From a virus: 39,538 nt of DNA. Made by a program: the position numbers and the translations under genes. Every line of letters begins with the position of its first letter. The first letter of the stretch is position 1. Positions 14,203-23,319 of the stretch are shown piece after piece. The stretch lies in the IMG/VR virus record IMGVR_UViG_3300042922_000233, positions 1 through 39,538 of that record. One strand, given 5' to 3'. The notes beneath the pieces were generated by a model. The model ran no database searches. It had not been told where the DNA came from and saw only the letters and a program-made list of their open reading frames with translations.

Positions 14203-14228
14203 TAATAAAAAAGAGCCTATTGGCTCCC
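14203..14228 (-). terminator. Intrinsic terminator (GAGCC-AATA-GGCTC + T6 on the minus strand)
   Basis: Stem arms at 14213-14217 and 14222-14226. The A6 run at 14207-14212 reads as T6 on the minus strand. Confidence 0.5.
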
Positions 14229-14247
14229 GGTTACTATCTTGATTCCA

Positions 14248-14277
14248 TTAATAAAATAAGGAGCCCGAAGGCTCCAT
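14248..14277 (-). terminator. Intrinsic terminator (GGAGCC-TTCG-GGCTCC + TTATTTTATT on the minus strand)
   Basis: 6-bp GC stem at 14260-14275 with a tetraloop and a T-rich tail. Confidence 0.55.
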
Positions 14278-14319
14278 GGTTTTAAAGTTATTTAGTTCGC
14301 AATTTAAACCAATCATGTA

Positions 14320-15249
14320 CTAATATTGACTTAGTAAAGCGCTTGCTATTATTTCTGATATTCGCACCTTACCGTTTTCGTTATGATGTGTTCCATCTGC
14401 GGTGTCAATATAATAAAGTCTGTTATATCGATTAATTCCTAGTTCATTATAAAGGTCCAGTGCAGGAATCTTAAATTCCTTGGAGATAATTTTTGCCTCA
14501 TCAACAAATTTATCAAGAGTATCTTTCTGTTCATTGAAATACAGCGAATCGCTATCCTTATCATATTTACCATCTACATCCCAAAAGCGATATGTCGGCG
14601 TTAATATCAATATTTTAAGATGTGGGTACGCACCCATAATGGTTTTCAATGAGTGTCTTAATGCACCTGCGTAAGTATTAACATCCTCGTAATCAGACGA
14701 ATTTTCTAATGCTTTCCCAGCCGTGTAGTCATTAGTACCATACCCTATTGTTATGTAGTCTACATCGTTAAAATCTATCGACTTTATTAATTCTAATGTG
14801 TTTTTAAAGTCCAGTGGCATTCCGTTAACATTTCCCTTTTCCATTTCGGTTATCGCTTCATTTTGCAATGTAAAATCATTTGTGACAATTGCATCCGCTA
14901 TATTATACATGCTAAAAGCATCCCAATACTTATCATGAATAGACATTCTACAACCACCAAACGCAACTCCATATACATTTGCTTCGGTTAACTCTTGGAT
15001 GTTTTGTGGTATTGTTTTACCTTCCGTCATGGGATAGTATATACTATCTCCGAACATTACTATAGTTTTCCCGGTGAGTTTTGTTTGATCCGGTGATGCT
15101 TCCGTTTTTGATTCCACCTCTAAAACTTCTACTTTTTGATACAATTTGTTAAAATGTTCGCTTATTCGAAAAAATCGATAAACTTCCCAGCATGTTATGC
15201 CTATTACGGCTATAATAGTTATCCACAGCAAAAACTCTTTTACTTTCAT
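14320..15249 (-). CDS. Membrane-anchored SGNH/GDSL-family hydrolase (esterase/acyl-esterase)
   Basis: N-terminal TM helix FLLWITIIAVIGITCW. SGNH blocks: FGDSIYY (I), AFGGCRM (II), GYGTNDY (III), DGTHHN (V). GAGGTG lies 7 nt before the ATG at 15249. Confidence 0.7.
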   Translation of the reverse strand: MKVKEFLLWITIIAVIGITCWEVYRFFRISEHFNKLYQKVEVLEVESKTEASPDQTKLTGKTIVMFGDSIYYPMTEGKTIPQNIQELTEANVYGVAFGGCRMSIHDKYWDAFSMYNIADAIVTNDFTLQNEAITEMEKGNVNGMPLDFKNTLELIKSIDFNDVDYITIGYGTNDYTAGKALENSSDYEDVNTYAGALRHSLKTIMGAYPHLKILILTPTYRFWDVDGKYDKDSDSLYFNEQKDTLDKFVDEAKIISKEFKIPALDLYNELGINRYNRLYYIDTADGTHHNENGKVRISEIIASALLSQY

Positions 15250-15269
15250 TTGTGCGCACCTCATTGTCA

Positions 15270-15297
15270 ATTATAGACAATGGTCGTCAAAAGTCAA
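15270..15297 (-). promoter_or_regulatory. Near-consensus promoter TTGACT-16-TATAAT directly upstream of the SGNH gene
   Basis: The reverse complement of 15292-15297 is TTGACT and that of 15270-15275 is TATAAT. Confidence 0.6.
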
Positions 15298-15313
15298 GAA
15301 TAATTTGAACTGA

Positions 15314-17044
15314 TTATTTTATCTTAACAGCATTAAGCACAACACTATTTAAGTTTAAGTTGGATCCAGAAGTTTGTGTACCAACAAGATATATAGTAGT
15401 TGTTGATGACAACTCTACTATAGCAGTATTTGTCATAAACTCAACTCCCTTTACTTGACTGGCACTACCTTGAGTGATTGTAATGTACCTGTCATCTGAT
15501 CCAGGAGTATCCCAACGTATGGATCCAGTTACTACATACGTGCCAGGCGGAAGACTTAAAGACGCCACGTTAGTATTTGCTCCACTTGATACTGAAGTTA
15601 CAAGTTTAGTAGTTGTTGAATAAATTGTCCCAAGGTTACTTGTCGATATTTTTTCCCATGCATTCCAGATAGAAGAACCATAATTCCATGTTCTTTTGTA
15701 GACGCTATTTACTTCCCTTGGTTCAAATAGTTGGTATGAGTACAAATCATTTGCTAACCCTCTGATAGTTCTTAACCTTCCGCTTGCCCCCTCTGGAAAA
15801 TTAATTATATCAGTATATGTACCGTAAGTCTCAATGATTGTTTCTTTACCATTAACAAAATCAGTTATTGGTGTGGTGGATTGCAAATAAGGAAAAGAGT
15901 TTCCATGTATTGCGATAATCGGATTAGACAATGAACCGTTTTCCCAATTAGTAACACCATTTGTAAATCCTAAACGCTGTTGTATAGATTTCCACACGGC
16001 ATCATAGCCTTCATCATTGGGATGCGAACCATCTTTCTCGATAAGCGTTCTTATACTGCCAGTTTTTTCAGCGTAGTCTAAAAGATGTCTGTAGTGGCTG
16101 ATATGTATATACTGGCTTTCTTGGCAAACCTCAGTAATAACTCTGTCAACTTCTTTCATTCCGAAATGATATGTACCTGTGTCGTTATCATTTAAAGTCG
16201 GAGGGGCAGTCATAACAATCATTAGATTGCACTTAGCCTTTACGTAATTTAAAAATGATATGAGATTTGTTTTAAACTCTGCCGGAGTAGCGCAATCCCA
16301 TCTGTCGTTAGTTCCAAGCATAACAAATACAACATCTTCTATTTCTGACACCCAATATGCTTTATTTGTGTTTGCCCATTTTGCCGACTTTCCACCAATA
16401 CCAGCATTAGTAAATTGAACAGATGAATAATCGTCTGCGATAAATGTTTTAAATTTTTGCGCCCATCCGTTGTTGGTTTGGTTTGGTTCATAAAAGATGT
16501 TTCCAGCACCATCATTAAATATGACGGGATTCGATGTAGAAGGGGAAGCATAACTTCTTGTGCCATTACCATCAGTTATACTATCTCCGATAAGTTTTAT
16601 TTTTGTAACCTGTCCATCCATTAGACGAGTGATAAATTTACTATTAATATTGTTCAATGTTGAATCCAACTGCGAACTAACTTCAATAACCGAAGAAACC
16701 AAATCTGAATTTGGCGTTGGTAATTGCGAACGATCTCCGATTGCATCATTAAATTCTGATTTATCTAACTTACCAGATTGCAAAGCTGAAATATTATTCA
16801 AAATATTAGTCAATTCACTTGGATTATTATTTAAATCACCAATACACTGCAATAATGCAGCATATGCATCCGGCGTGCTGTCAAGGAGTGCTTGTACATC
16901 TTCTGCGGTTGTTAACTTCTTCGTATTCCCGGCGGAATAACAAAAATACAACTCTCCTGCATCAAGCACCAACCCCAACTCCCCCGGAACTAATTTGTTT
17001 GGGTCAAAATCAATCTGATTCCCTTTCCTTATCGTAACCGCCAT
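15314..17044 (-). CDS. Tail fibre / receptor-binding protein with central SGNH esterase domain
   Basis: 576 aa. The N-terminal GNQIDFDPNKLVPGELGLVLDAGELYF is a fibre-anchoring motif. SGNH blocks: LIGDSITDG, GIGGKSA, MLGTNDR, DGSHPN. The C-terminal roughly 200 aa is beta-rich. The gene is last in the tail module. Confidence 0.7.
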   Translation of the reverse strand: MAVTIRKGNQIDFDPNKLVPGELGLVLDAGELYFCYSAGNTKKLTTAEDVQALLDSTPDAYAALLQCIGDLNNNPSELTNILNNISALQSGKLDKSEFNDAIGDRSQLPTPNSDLVSSVIEVSSQLDSTLNNINSKFITRLMDGQVTKIKLIGDSITDGNGTRSYASPSTSNPVIFNDGAGNIFYEPNQTNNGWAQKFKTFIADDYSSVQFTNAGIGGKSAKWANTNKAYWVSEIEDVVFVMLGTNDRWDCATPAEFKTNLISFLNYVKAKCNLMIVMTAPPTLNDNDTGTYHFGMKEVDRVITEVCQESQYIHISHYRHLLDYAEKTGSIRTLIEKDGSHPNDEGYDAVWKSIQQRLGFTNGVTNWENGSLSNPIIAIHGNSFPYLQSTTPITDFVNGKETIIETYGTYTDIINFPEGASGRLRTIRGLANDLYSYQLFEPREVNSVYKRTWNYGSSIWNAWEKISTSNLGTIYSTTTKLVTSVSSGANTNVASLSLPPGTYVVTGSIRWDTPGSDDRYITITQGSASQVKGVEFMTNTAIVELSSTTTIYLVGTQTSGSNLNLNSVVLNAVKIK

Positions 17045-17048
17045 TCTA

Positions 17049-19250
17049 TCAACTCCTTATGTATGACTTAATATTAATTTGCGCCGATACTCGCTTTAAA
17101 ACTGCCGTTCTGATTTCTATTGTATGCCACCCAACGGTTGTGACGTATGATGTCAAGTCAATAACCCCTTGCAAATCAGTTGACACTGCAGCTAGAAATC
17201 CGTCGACATATATATCAATAACATTGTTTGTAATATCTGTTTCCTGCACACCAAAGTTTAGCGTATGAGTATGGTCGGGTGTTGTTACTCCGTGCGTATG
17301 GCTTGGAACGCTTACGGAGTGGCTGTGGGAAGGGATATTAACAGGATGTGAATGTTCTACCGTAGTTGCATATGTATGCGAGTGGCTCATAGTTGTGCTT
17401 GATGCTCCCGAAGTTGTTCCGCCTATATTGATGGGAACAGAAAGAACGGAGATGCCTACCGCTTCGCTACTACTTGTAGTTGTAGATCCACCACCACTTG
17501 AAGCTGTTGTCGTGGAACCTCCACCGCTTGATGCTGTAGTCGAATAAGTCCTAAATTTCTGCTGAGTAAATTTCAGCAATACTTTTGTAATCTTAGATAC
17601 CGTATCGTCTATATTAAATGGCATTGTCAAAGGGAATCCATTTTGAATATTATCGGTAAAGCTAATATTATCCGTATTGGCAACACCAAAGGCCATATCT
17701 ATTAGGGTGGCTCCATCATTAGATAGCAATTTTCCTGTTCTAATCCAATCTGCATTTACACCAATGGTATTTAGTACAGTTGCCATGATATTACCGTCTG
17801 CATCTATACCCCTCCATGTATGTCCTCCGTCATTTGATACAGCAAAAACTCCAGCGGTCTGCTTCCATATATTCTGTGATTCCGCAAGAGTGGGCTTATC
17901 ATGGCTGTACTCAATTTTACTACCGTCTGGCTGCTCTTCTACTGTTCTATATATGCCCATGGAGTGAAAAACCAAGTTATTAAAGGTCTGTTGTGCGAGA
18001 TCGTAGTATGATACTTCTTTCTTCGCTATCTTTCTTGATTCTATAATTGCTTTCATCTCCTGCGTAGGCCGGTAGTTTGCTTGTGCAAATGTCTCGGCAC
18101 CACATGATACAGGTTCACTACCGCCAAGAGTAAAGCTTAATCTTGTGAACAGTACCGGATAACTGTTTCCCTTTCTGGTACTGGCATACCCTATGTCACC
18201 AGCTTCCATTGATGGGTCACTCTGGGCATTACCAGAAAAAGACCTGAACATCATCCCCACTATCTTCTGCCCTACACTGTTTGCAATAACCTCCGCTTGG
18301 CTGGCGTTCTGAATGAGTTTATTCCCTGTGATAGGCAGTACATAACCTGTTGACCCAAACAATACAGCAGTTGGATCGTCCGAGCTATCTGTTACCTGTA
18401 TTCCAGTAATATAAATATCATCTGTACCAAATGTAGGTTCTCCCGAGAAACTATACAAGTGATGGTATTGCTTCGTTTCTGTGAAAGTACCTCCACTAAC
18501 ACTATCACCGGAAAGATAATTAGTGAAATTCCCACCATCCAAATTGTCACCGGATGAATAAGGTGTGTCTCCATCAAATTTCCCTCCGTTATAGCCACTG
18601 GCATTCTCGAATGCTTCGAAATTGAACCATTTTAATTCAAGTGCACCCAATGTATTGCATCTAGCAAAACACCCGGCTATCTGGGCAACCCAAGACACTA
18701 TTTCACGGCAGGAGATAGACTCATCATCGGGTGGATTTTCGATTACGTACGCACTATTTAGGAAACTTGCTGTTGATAGAGAAACACCACAATGTAAACA
18801 TACTGACTGGAGTAGATGCAATGCAGTACTAGGGAAAGAAACAGGTACTTCCGAGAACTTCGTATCAAATCTAGCCATATTATCTAATGATTCAAGAACA
18901 ATTATAGACCCAACTACAGTAGGTTTATTTGCTGTGAATACGCCTTTGGGCAGGTATTCGATACCAGCGCTAAGCTGCAATCCTATGTATGGTCGAATTA
19001 GTGATCCTGAGAAATCGTAAGAATCAAATTTGCCTGAGAAATTATTAAGCGTGGTAGTGCATTTATTGATAATAGCAGTTCCAAGACTTACTTTTTCTCC
19101 TACACTATCATCAATTTTTATGCCTCCTTGCATGATATCGCTGGGCTCAAGTTCAATACTTGTGGAATCGTATAAATCAAGGTTTGCTTTCGGTATAAAC
19201 ACCCTGTTTCTTCTTATTAACCGTTTATATTCATTGCTCGTATTTATCAA
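17049..19250 (-). CDS. Tail-associated (Tal / prophage-tail-endopeptidase-like) tip protein with C-terminal His-x-His repeat region
   Basis: 733 aa, positioned after the Dit-like gene. Duplicated TASSGGGSTT, then five HxH motifs. Confidence 0.65.
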   Translation of the reverse strand: MINTSNEYKRLIRRNRVFIPKANLDLYDSTSIELEPSDIMQGGIKIDDSVGEKVSLGTAIINKCTTTLNNFSGKFDSYDFSGSLIRPYIGLQLSAGIEYLPKGVFTANKPTVVGSIIVLESLDNMARFDTKFSEVPVSFPSTALHLLQSVCLHCGVSLSTASFLNSAYVIENPPDDESISCREIVSWVAQIAGCFARCNTLGALELKWFNFEAFENASGYNGGKFDGDTPYSSGDNLDGGNFTNYLSGDSVSGGTFTETKQYHHLYSFSGEPTFGTDDIYITGIQVTDSSDDPTAVLFGSTGYVLPITGNKLIQNASQAEVIANSVGQKIVGMMFRSFSGNAQSDPSMEAGDIGYASTRKGNSYPVLFTRLSFTLGGSEPVSCGAETFAQANYRPTQEMKAIIESRKIAKKEVSYYDLAQQTFNNLVFHSMGIYRTVEEQPDGSKIEYSHDKPTLAESQNIWKQTAGVFAVSNDGGHTWRGIDADGNIMATVLNTIGVNADWIRTGKLLSNDGATLIDMAFGVANTDNISFTDNIQNGFPLTMPFNIDDTVSKITKVLLKFTQQKFRTYSTTASSGGGSTTTASSGGGSTTTSSSEAVGISVLSVPINIGGTTSGASSTTMSHSHTYATTVEHSHPVNIPSHSHSVSVPSHTHGVTTPDHTHTLNFGVQETDITNNVIDIYVDGFLAAVSTDLQGVIDLTSYVTTVGWHTIEIRTAVLKRVSAQINIKSYIRS

Positions 19251-19261
19251 TGCTCCGCCCC

Positions 19262-19627
19262 CTAATTCTCTATAAATGTTACGGATACACCGTTATAGTA
19301 GATTTCGTTGTCAACTACAAAGCCTATTGGTACATGGCGATCACCAGCATAGCAGTTATAGGTTTTAAAAATATTATCTTCTGGGTTATGTACAGTTATG
19401 TCGATATTGCCAATTCCATTCTTTTTTATAGCCTTTAAAAGGACGGATGTTTCAGCCGCGGTAAGAACTCCCCATGTGTAAGGTAAGCTCTTCTTATCCG
19501 CAACAAAATCTAAATTCATATGCGCCGATTCATCCCTTCCGCTACCCGGGGCTGCTATAGTACCATCATTCCATTCCCCATTCACCGGGGAAGGTACGTT
19601 CACTCCATTAATTGTTAAGATGTTCAA
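19262..19627 (-). CDS. Small distal-tail (Dit-position) protein
   Basis: 121 aa. Assigned only by position between the tape measure and tip protein. Confidence 0.4.
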   Translation of the reverse strand: MNILTINGVNVPSPVNGEWNDGTIAAPGSGRDESAHMNLDFVADKKSLPYTWGVLTAAETSVLLKAIKKNGIGNIDITVHNPEDNIFKTYNCYAGDRHVPIGFVVDNEIYYNGVSVTFIEN

Positions 19628-19628
19628 A

Positions 19629-22550
19629 TTAGTATCTTCCCCCTTTTACTGTGTTGGTTCTAAGGTCTATCATTTCATTTCCACGGTTTACGTGTCTGGC
19701 CAAGTCCTCTTCGCCAATATAAATGTGCATATACTCGCTAAATACTTTGGACATTACTCGATAAATGATTTCTTCCGTGAGACCTCCGCCACCGGATAAT
19801 TTAGCGGCTGCATTAAGCATTTCCTGGAACTTACTTTCTGGAGAAACAATTTCACCCTCTCGCTTATTATCACCGATCATAGCAAGTTGCGGTTGATTAG
19901 CTCCCACGAATCCACCTTGTGCCAATGCCGGAATCTGAGGCACAGAAAGAGGATTACTTGACCACAAATTCTTAAATGGAGAGAATCCCATGACGCTTAC
20001 ATCGCGAATCGTATTAAGCATGGAATTTATCTTTTCAAATGGTGTCCTGATAATCTTGTTGATACCATTAATAAGCCCGTTAACTACGGTTTTAAATGTC
20101 TCAGCAATACCATCCTTTATACCATCGAATATCTTTCCTCCGGTGCTAAATACGTTCTTAACATTAGTCCATGCATCAGTAAACTTACTTTTGAACCAAT
20201 CAGGAATGTTTTTAAATACCCCAGTGATATCATTGTACTTAGTTTCGAACCAGCTCTTTACACCGCTGAAAGCTGTTTTTATATTTGTCCATGCTGCCTC
20301 GAAGTTTGTCTTGAAAAATGTACCAATTGGGCTAACTAGATCTTTTATAGCTTGCACAATGCCACTAAAGAAGGTTTTTATTCCTCCCCATGCTTTTTCC
20401 CAGTCACCCGTAAATACTCCAACGATGAAGTCAATAAGACCACCAAGAGCATCAAGAATATCGCCAACAACAGTAGCAGCCGTAGATGCAATCGATACAA
20501 ATAATTCCCCGACCACTCCAAGCGCATCACTTAATATAGGAACCAAGTTATCAATAATCCATGCAACAAAAGGGGCAAGCGTTTCTTCCCATATAGTTGC
20601 AACGCCATCAATAAGTTTTCCAGCGAAATCCGTAAGCTTTTGAACCACTTCCGCAACCGGTCCATTAATCAATTCTCTTAATTTCTCAGCGATATTTTTT
20701 ATTGTTGGCGCAAGGTATTTGTTGTAAGCATCCAGTACAGCACTGAATACCGTATCAAATCCATTGCTGAATTTGTCAAGTGCAGGTGCTATATATTCAT
20801 CATAAGACTTTTGGATTGATTCAAAGGTATTACTTAAGAAGTCCTTTATTCCGCCAACAACTACCGATATTACACCAAGCATATTATCAAGGGCTTCCTT
20901 GATTTTATCCTTGTTATCTATAAATGGTGTTGTTATGGCTTCTATAGCATCACGTCCGAATTTTAAAACTATTCCCATTGCACTTAAGAAGCTGTTGCTA
21001 AAAATAGCAATTATGTCAGCACCGATCTGCTCCGCATTATCACCTTTGAATACTGTGAATATGTCAGCTATAGCAACAATAAAATCCGATACTAATGTGG
21101 ATATATCTGAGGATAAATCGAAAATGGATATAATCTTATCCTTAATAAAATCCTTGTTCTGGTCTAAATACTTATCAATACTACCAACATAAAATTCGAT
21201 AAATGTCAGCCCAATGCTCGCGGCACTGCCAGTGATTTTACCTAATGATGATGTGACTGTATTCATCCAGTTATTAGCAGCAGATAATACGTTTTTATCA
21301 CCAAATATATCAATAAGAGAATCCTTTATTCCACTGATATGACTTAATAGGCCGTCAAAATTTGCCCCATTCAAGCCGGTTGAAAAGCCTTGCTTAAATA
21401 AATCAGATAATTCTTTAAGTCTACTCTTTATCTTATCAAGAGTTGTTATTGTATCATTTAGAGAATCATTAACTCCATCCGTTTGAGATGTATCAATTCC
21501 AGTGGGTACCTCGCTTAAACCGCCTGCAGAAGATGCTGCACCGCTATCATCAGCCGTTTGACTTGACAGCACATTAAGTTCATCAAATCCGGCCAGTGAT
21601 TTAGATGCTTTCTTTGCACTAGATTCAGCAGCATCACCCATCCCAAGAATATTGCTGGTTGCATCAAGCGCGTTTGTAGCTACGGCACCGGTGGAGGTTT
21701 CGATTGTCTTTCCAGTTACTAACTCAGTGAATGATTTGAATGCATTTGCAGCGCCTTGGAGCTTTGTCATTAGCAGATTTAAGGCTTGTATGAGAGGTGT
21801 GAATAGATTTATAAACCCTTGCCCTAATGTAGCCTTAAAACTGTCAAATCTGAGGCTTAAAACCCTAACCTGATTCGCCCAACTATCACTCGTCTTTGCG
21901 AAATCTCCATTCGCGGCAGACAATCCGTCCATAACATATTGATATCTGAGCATCAATTTTGTTTGTTCAGACATTTGGCTTGTGGTCTTGCCAAAACCAT
22001 TGTTCATAGCGTACTGGTCAAGTGCTGTTTGTGTCATTACAATACCCAAATCCTTAAGGCTCTCTGTTTCCCCTGTCCAAATTGATTTAAGCTTTGTGAA
22101 TGCTTCATCAGAACTCATATCATAAAAAGATGCTACGTCCCCGGACATACCGGCAACCGTAGTAGCCATATCATACGCTGTTTGCTCTGTGGTTCCCATA
22201 CTTTTCGACATGGTACCAAGTACACCAATATACCGCTTTGCTACTGTCTCTGATAATCCAAATTGCTCCATAGCATTTGTAGCAAAGTTATTGACACTGC
22301 CATTCATGCTAGTAAAGGTAGTGTCTACTACGTTCTGGACTTCTGTCAGAGCACTACCGAGACTAAGACTCGACTTTAGGAAACTCCCGACAGCTGCAGC
22401 CCCTATTGCAACGCCTATCATAGAACCCAACCCACCAAATGCCTTTTTAACGCTTTTCTCAGCACCTCCGGCAACGCCAGACAATTGTTGGTTAAATGCT
22501 TTTTTATTTACATCCAATCCAAGGTCTATTCTTCCGACTTCCATGCTCAT
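19629..22550 (-). CDS. Tail tape measure protein
   Basis: 973 aa, the longest ORF. It is helical and Gly/Ala-rich and lies downstream of the chaperone pair. Confidence 0.85.
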   Translation of the reverse strand: MSMEVGRIDLGLDVNKKAFNQQLSGVAGGAEKSVKKAFGGLGSMIGVAIGAAAVGSFLKSSLSLGSALTEVQNVVDTTFTSMNGSVNNFATNAMEQFGLSETVAKRYIGVLGTMSKSMGTTEQTAYDMATTVAGMSGDVASFYDMSSDEAFTKLKSIWTGETESLKDLGIVMTQTALDQYAMNNGFGKTTSQMSEQTKLMLRYQYVMDGLSAANGDFAKTSDSWANQVRVLSLRFDSFKATLGQGFINLFTPLIQALNLLMTKLQGAANAFKSFTELVTGKTIETSTGAVATNALDATSNILGMGDAAESSAKKASKSLAGFDELNVLSSQTADDSGAASSAGGLSEVPTGIDTSQTDGVNDSLNDTITTLDKIKSRLKELSDLFKQGFSTGLNGANFDGLLSHISGIKDSLIDIFGDKNVLSAANNWMNTVTSSLGKITGSAASIGLTFIEFYVGSIDKYLDQNKDFIKDKIISIFDLSSDISTLVSDFIVAIADIFTVFKGDNAEQIGADIIAIFSNSFLSAMGIVLKFGRDAIEAITTPFIDNKDKIKEALDNMLGVISVVVGGIKDFLSNTFESIQKSYDEYIAPALDKFSNGFDTVFSAVLDAYNKYLAPTIKNIAEKLRELINGPVAEVVQKLTDFAGKLIDGVATIWEETLAPFVAWIIDNLVPILSDALGVVGELFVSIASTAATVVGDILDALGGLIDFIVGVFTGDWEKAWGGIKTFFSGIVQAIKDLVSPIGTFFKTNFEAAWTNIKTAFSGVKSWFETKYNDITGVFKNIPDWFKSKFTDAWTNVKNVFSTGGKIFDGIKDGIAETFKTVVNGLINGINKIIRTPFEKINSMLNTIRDVSVMGFSPFKNLWSSNPLSVPQIPALAQGGFVGANQPQLAMIGDNKREGEIVSPESKFQEMLNAAAKLSGGGGLTEEIIYRVMSKVFSEYMHIYIGEEDLARHVNRGNEMIDLRTNTVKGGRY

Positions 22551-22582
22551 GAGTTATGCAACCTCCTTTCTTCATTATTTCA

Positions 22583-22822
22583 CTAACTAAAGGTTGATTT
22601 CGCCCATTGCTGGAAACCTTCCCAATATGCCTTGTAAGCCTGAGGATTCTCTTTCAGCTTTTTATTTCTTTTCACAATCCAATCATTACGGATTTTTTTC
22701 TGTTCCTTGGTAAACTCTTTTATTCTCTTAGGATCCTTTTCCGCTCGGATAGATACAATGTTTCCGAGTGGAGTATCCGGCATGGTGCCACTTAATAACG
22801 AACAAAACTCCGACCAAGACAT
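22583..22822 (-). CDS. Tail assembly protein (Gp15-like / chaperone T-position)
   Basis: 79 aa from the ATG with AGGAAG upstream. The frame stays open 39 codons further upstream, to the in-frame TAG (see findings). Confidence 0.5.
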   Translation of the reverse strand: MSWSEFCSLLSGTMPDTPLGNIVSIRAEKDPKRIKEFTKEQKKIRNDWIVKRNKKLKENPQAYKAYWEGFQQWAKSTFS

Positions 22823-22913
22823 ATCATCTTCCTGTCGGAGCCTAATTCCATATTGTTTCAGAAAGCTTGCTTCTATAAGCTCCCAATCATCGTACAGATC
22901 ATAATACGATTCA

Positions 22914-23255
22914 CTATCCTTGAAATCGTTTGTCTACATCCTCCTGTGACTGACCGGTAGCTGCAGCCATGATAGCACTGTAGACCATTTTGTACTCAGG
23001 GAAAGGAAGATCCAATTTGTTAATCGAATCTACTACCTTTTTACTTGTGAGCATATTGAGAATCTTCTCCATGAATGCCATTTCATCGTATTCATCGTTG
23101 TTCTCCTCTGCTTTTTTCGTCTGCTCTTTAACTAATAACTGCATACTCATAATAGTACTGTGACGGTTGTTTACCGTAACGATGATGTCATTGGAAATCT
23201 TTACGATCGGCAGTTCATTGGTAATCTTTGCGCTAATATCTATAATATTTGACAT
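22914..23255 (-). CDS. Tail assembly chaperone (G-position)
   Basis: 113 aa, acidic, between the major tail and tape measure genes. Confidence 0.55.
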   Translation of the reverse strand: MSNIIDISAKITNELPIVKISNDIIVTVNNRHSTIMSMQLLVKEQTKKAEENNDEYDEMAFMEKILNMLTSKKVVDSINKLDLPFPEYKMVYSAIMAAATGQSQEDVDKRFQG

Positions 23256-23273
23256 GTTAATGTCCTCCTTGTT

Positions 23274-23309
23274 TTCAAATAAATAGGAGTAGACTTATTA
23301 GCCTACTCC
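23274..23309 (-). terminator. Hairpin GGAGTAG-10 nt-CTACTCC + T-rich tail after the major tail gene (partial terminator/attenuator)
   Basis: 7-bp stem at 23286-23292 and 23303-23309. The minus strand continues TATTTATTTG. Confidence 0.45.
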
Positions 23310-23319
23310 TTGTCATAAT

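Noticed and set aside
15314-17044. Possible diversity-generating retroelement target, because the fibre N-terminus resembles tropism-determinant-type fibres
   Set aside because: There is no reverse transcriptase gene anywhere in the genome. I found no template/variable repeat pair matching the fibre 3' end.
19990-22590. Long plus-strand ORFs inside the tape-measure gene (for example 19990-20643, 217 aa). Similar antisense ORFs lie in the portal, capsid, tail-tip and terminase genes.
   Set aside because: They have low-complexity, hydrophobic antisense translations, no SD, and are completely overlapped by well-supported minus-strand genes. These are typical shadow ORFs.
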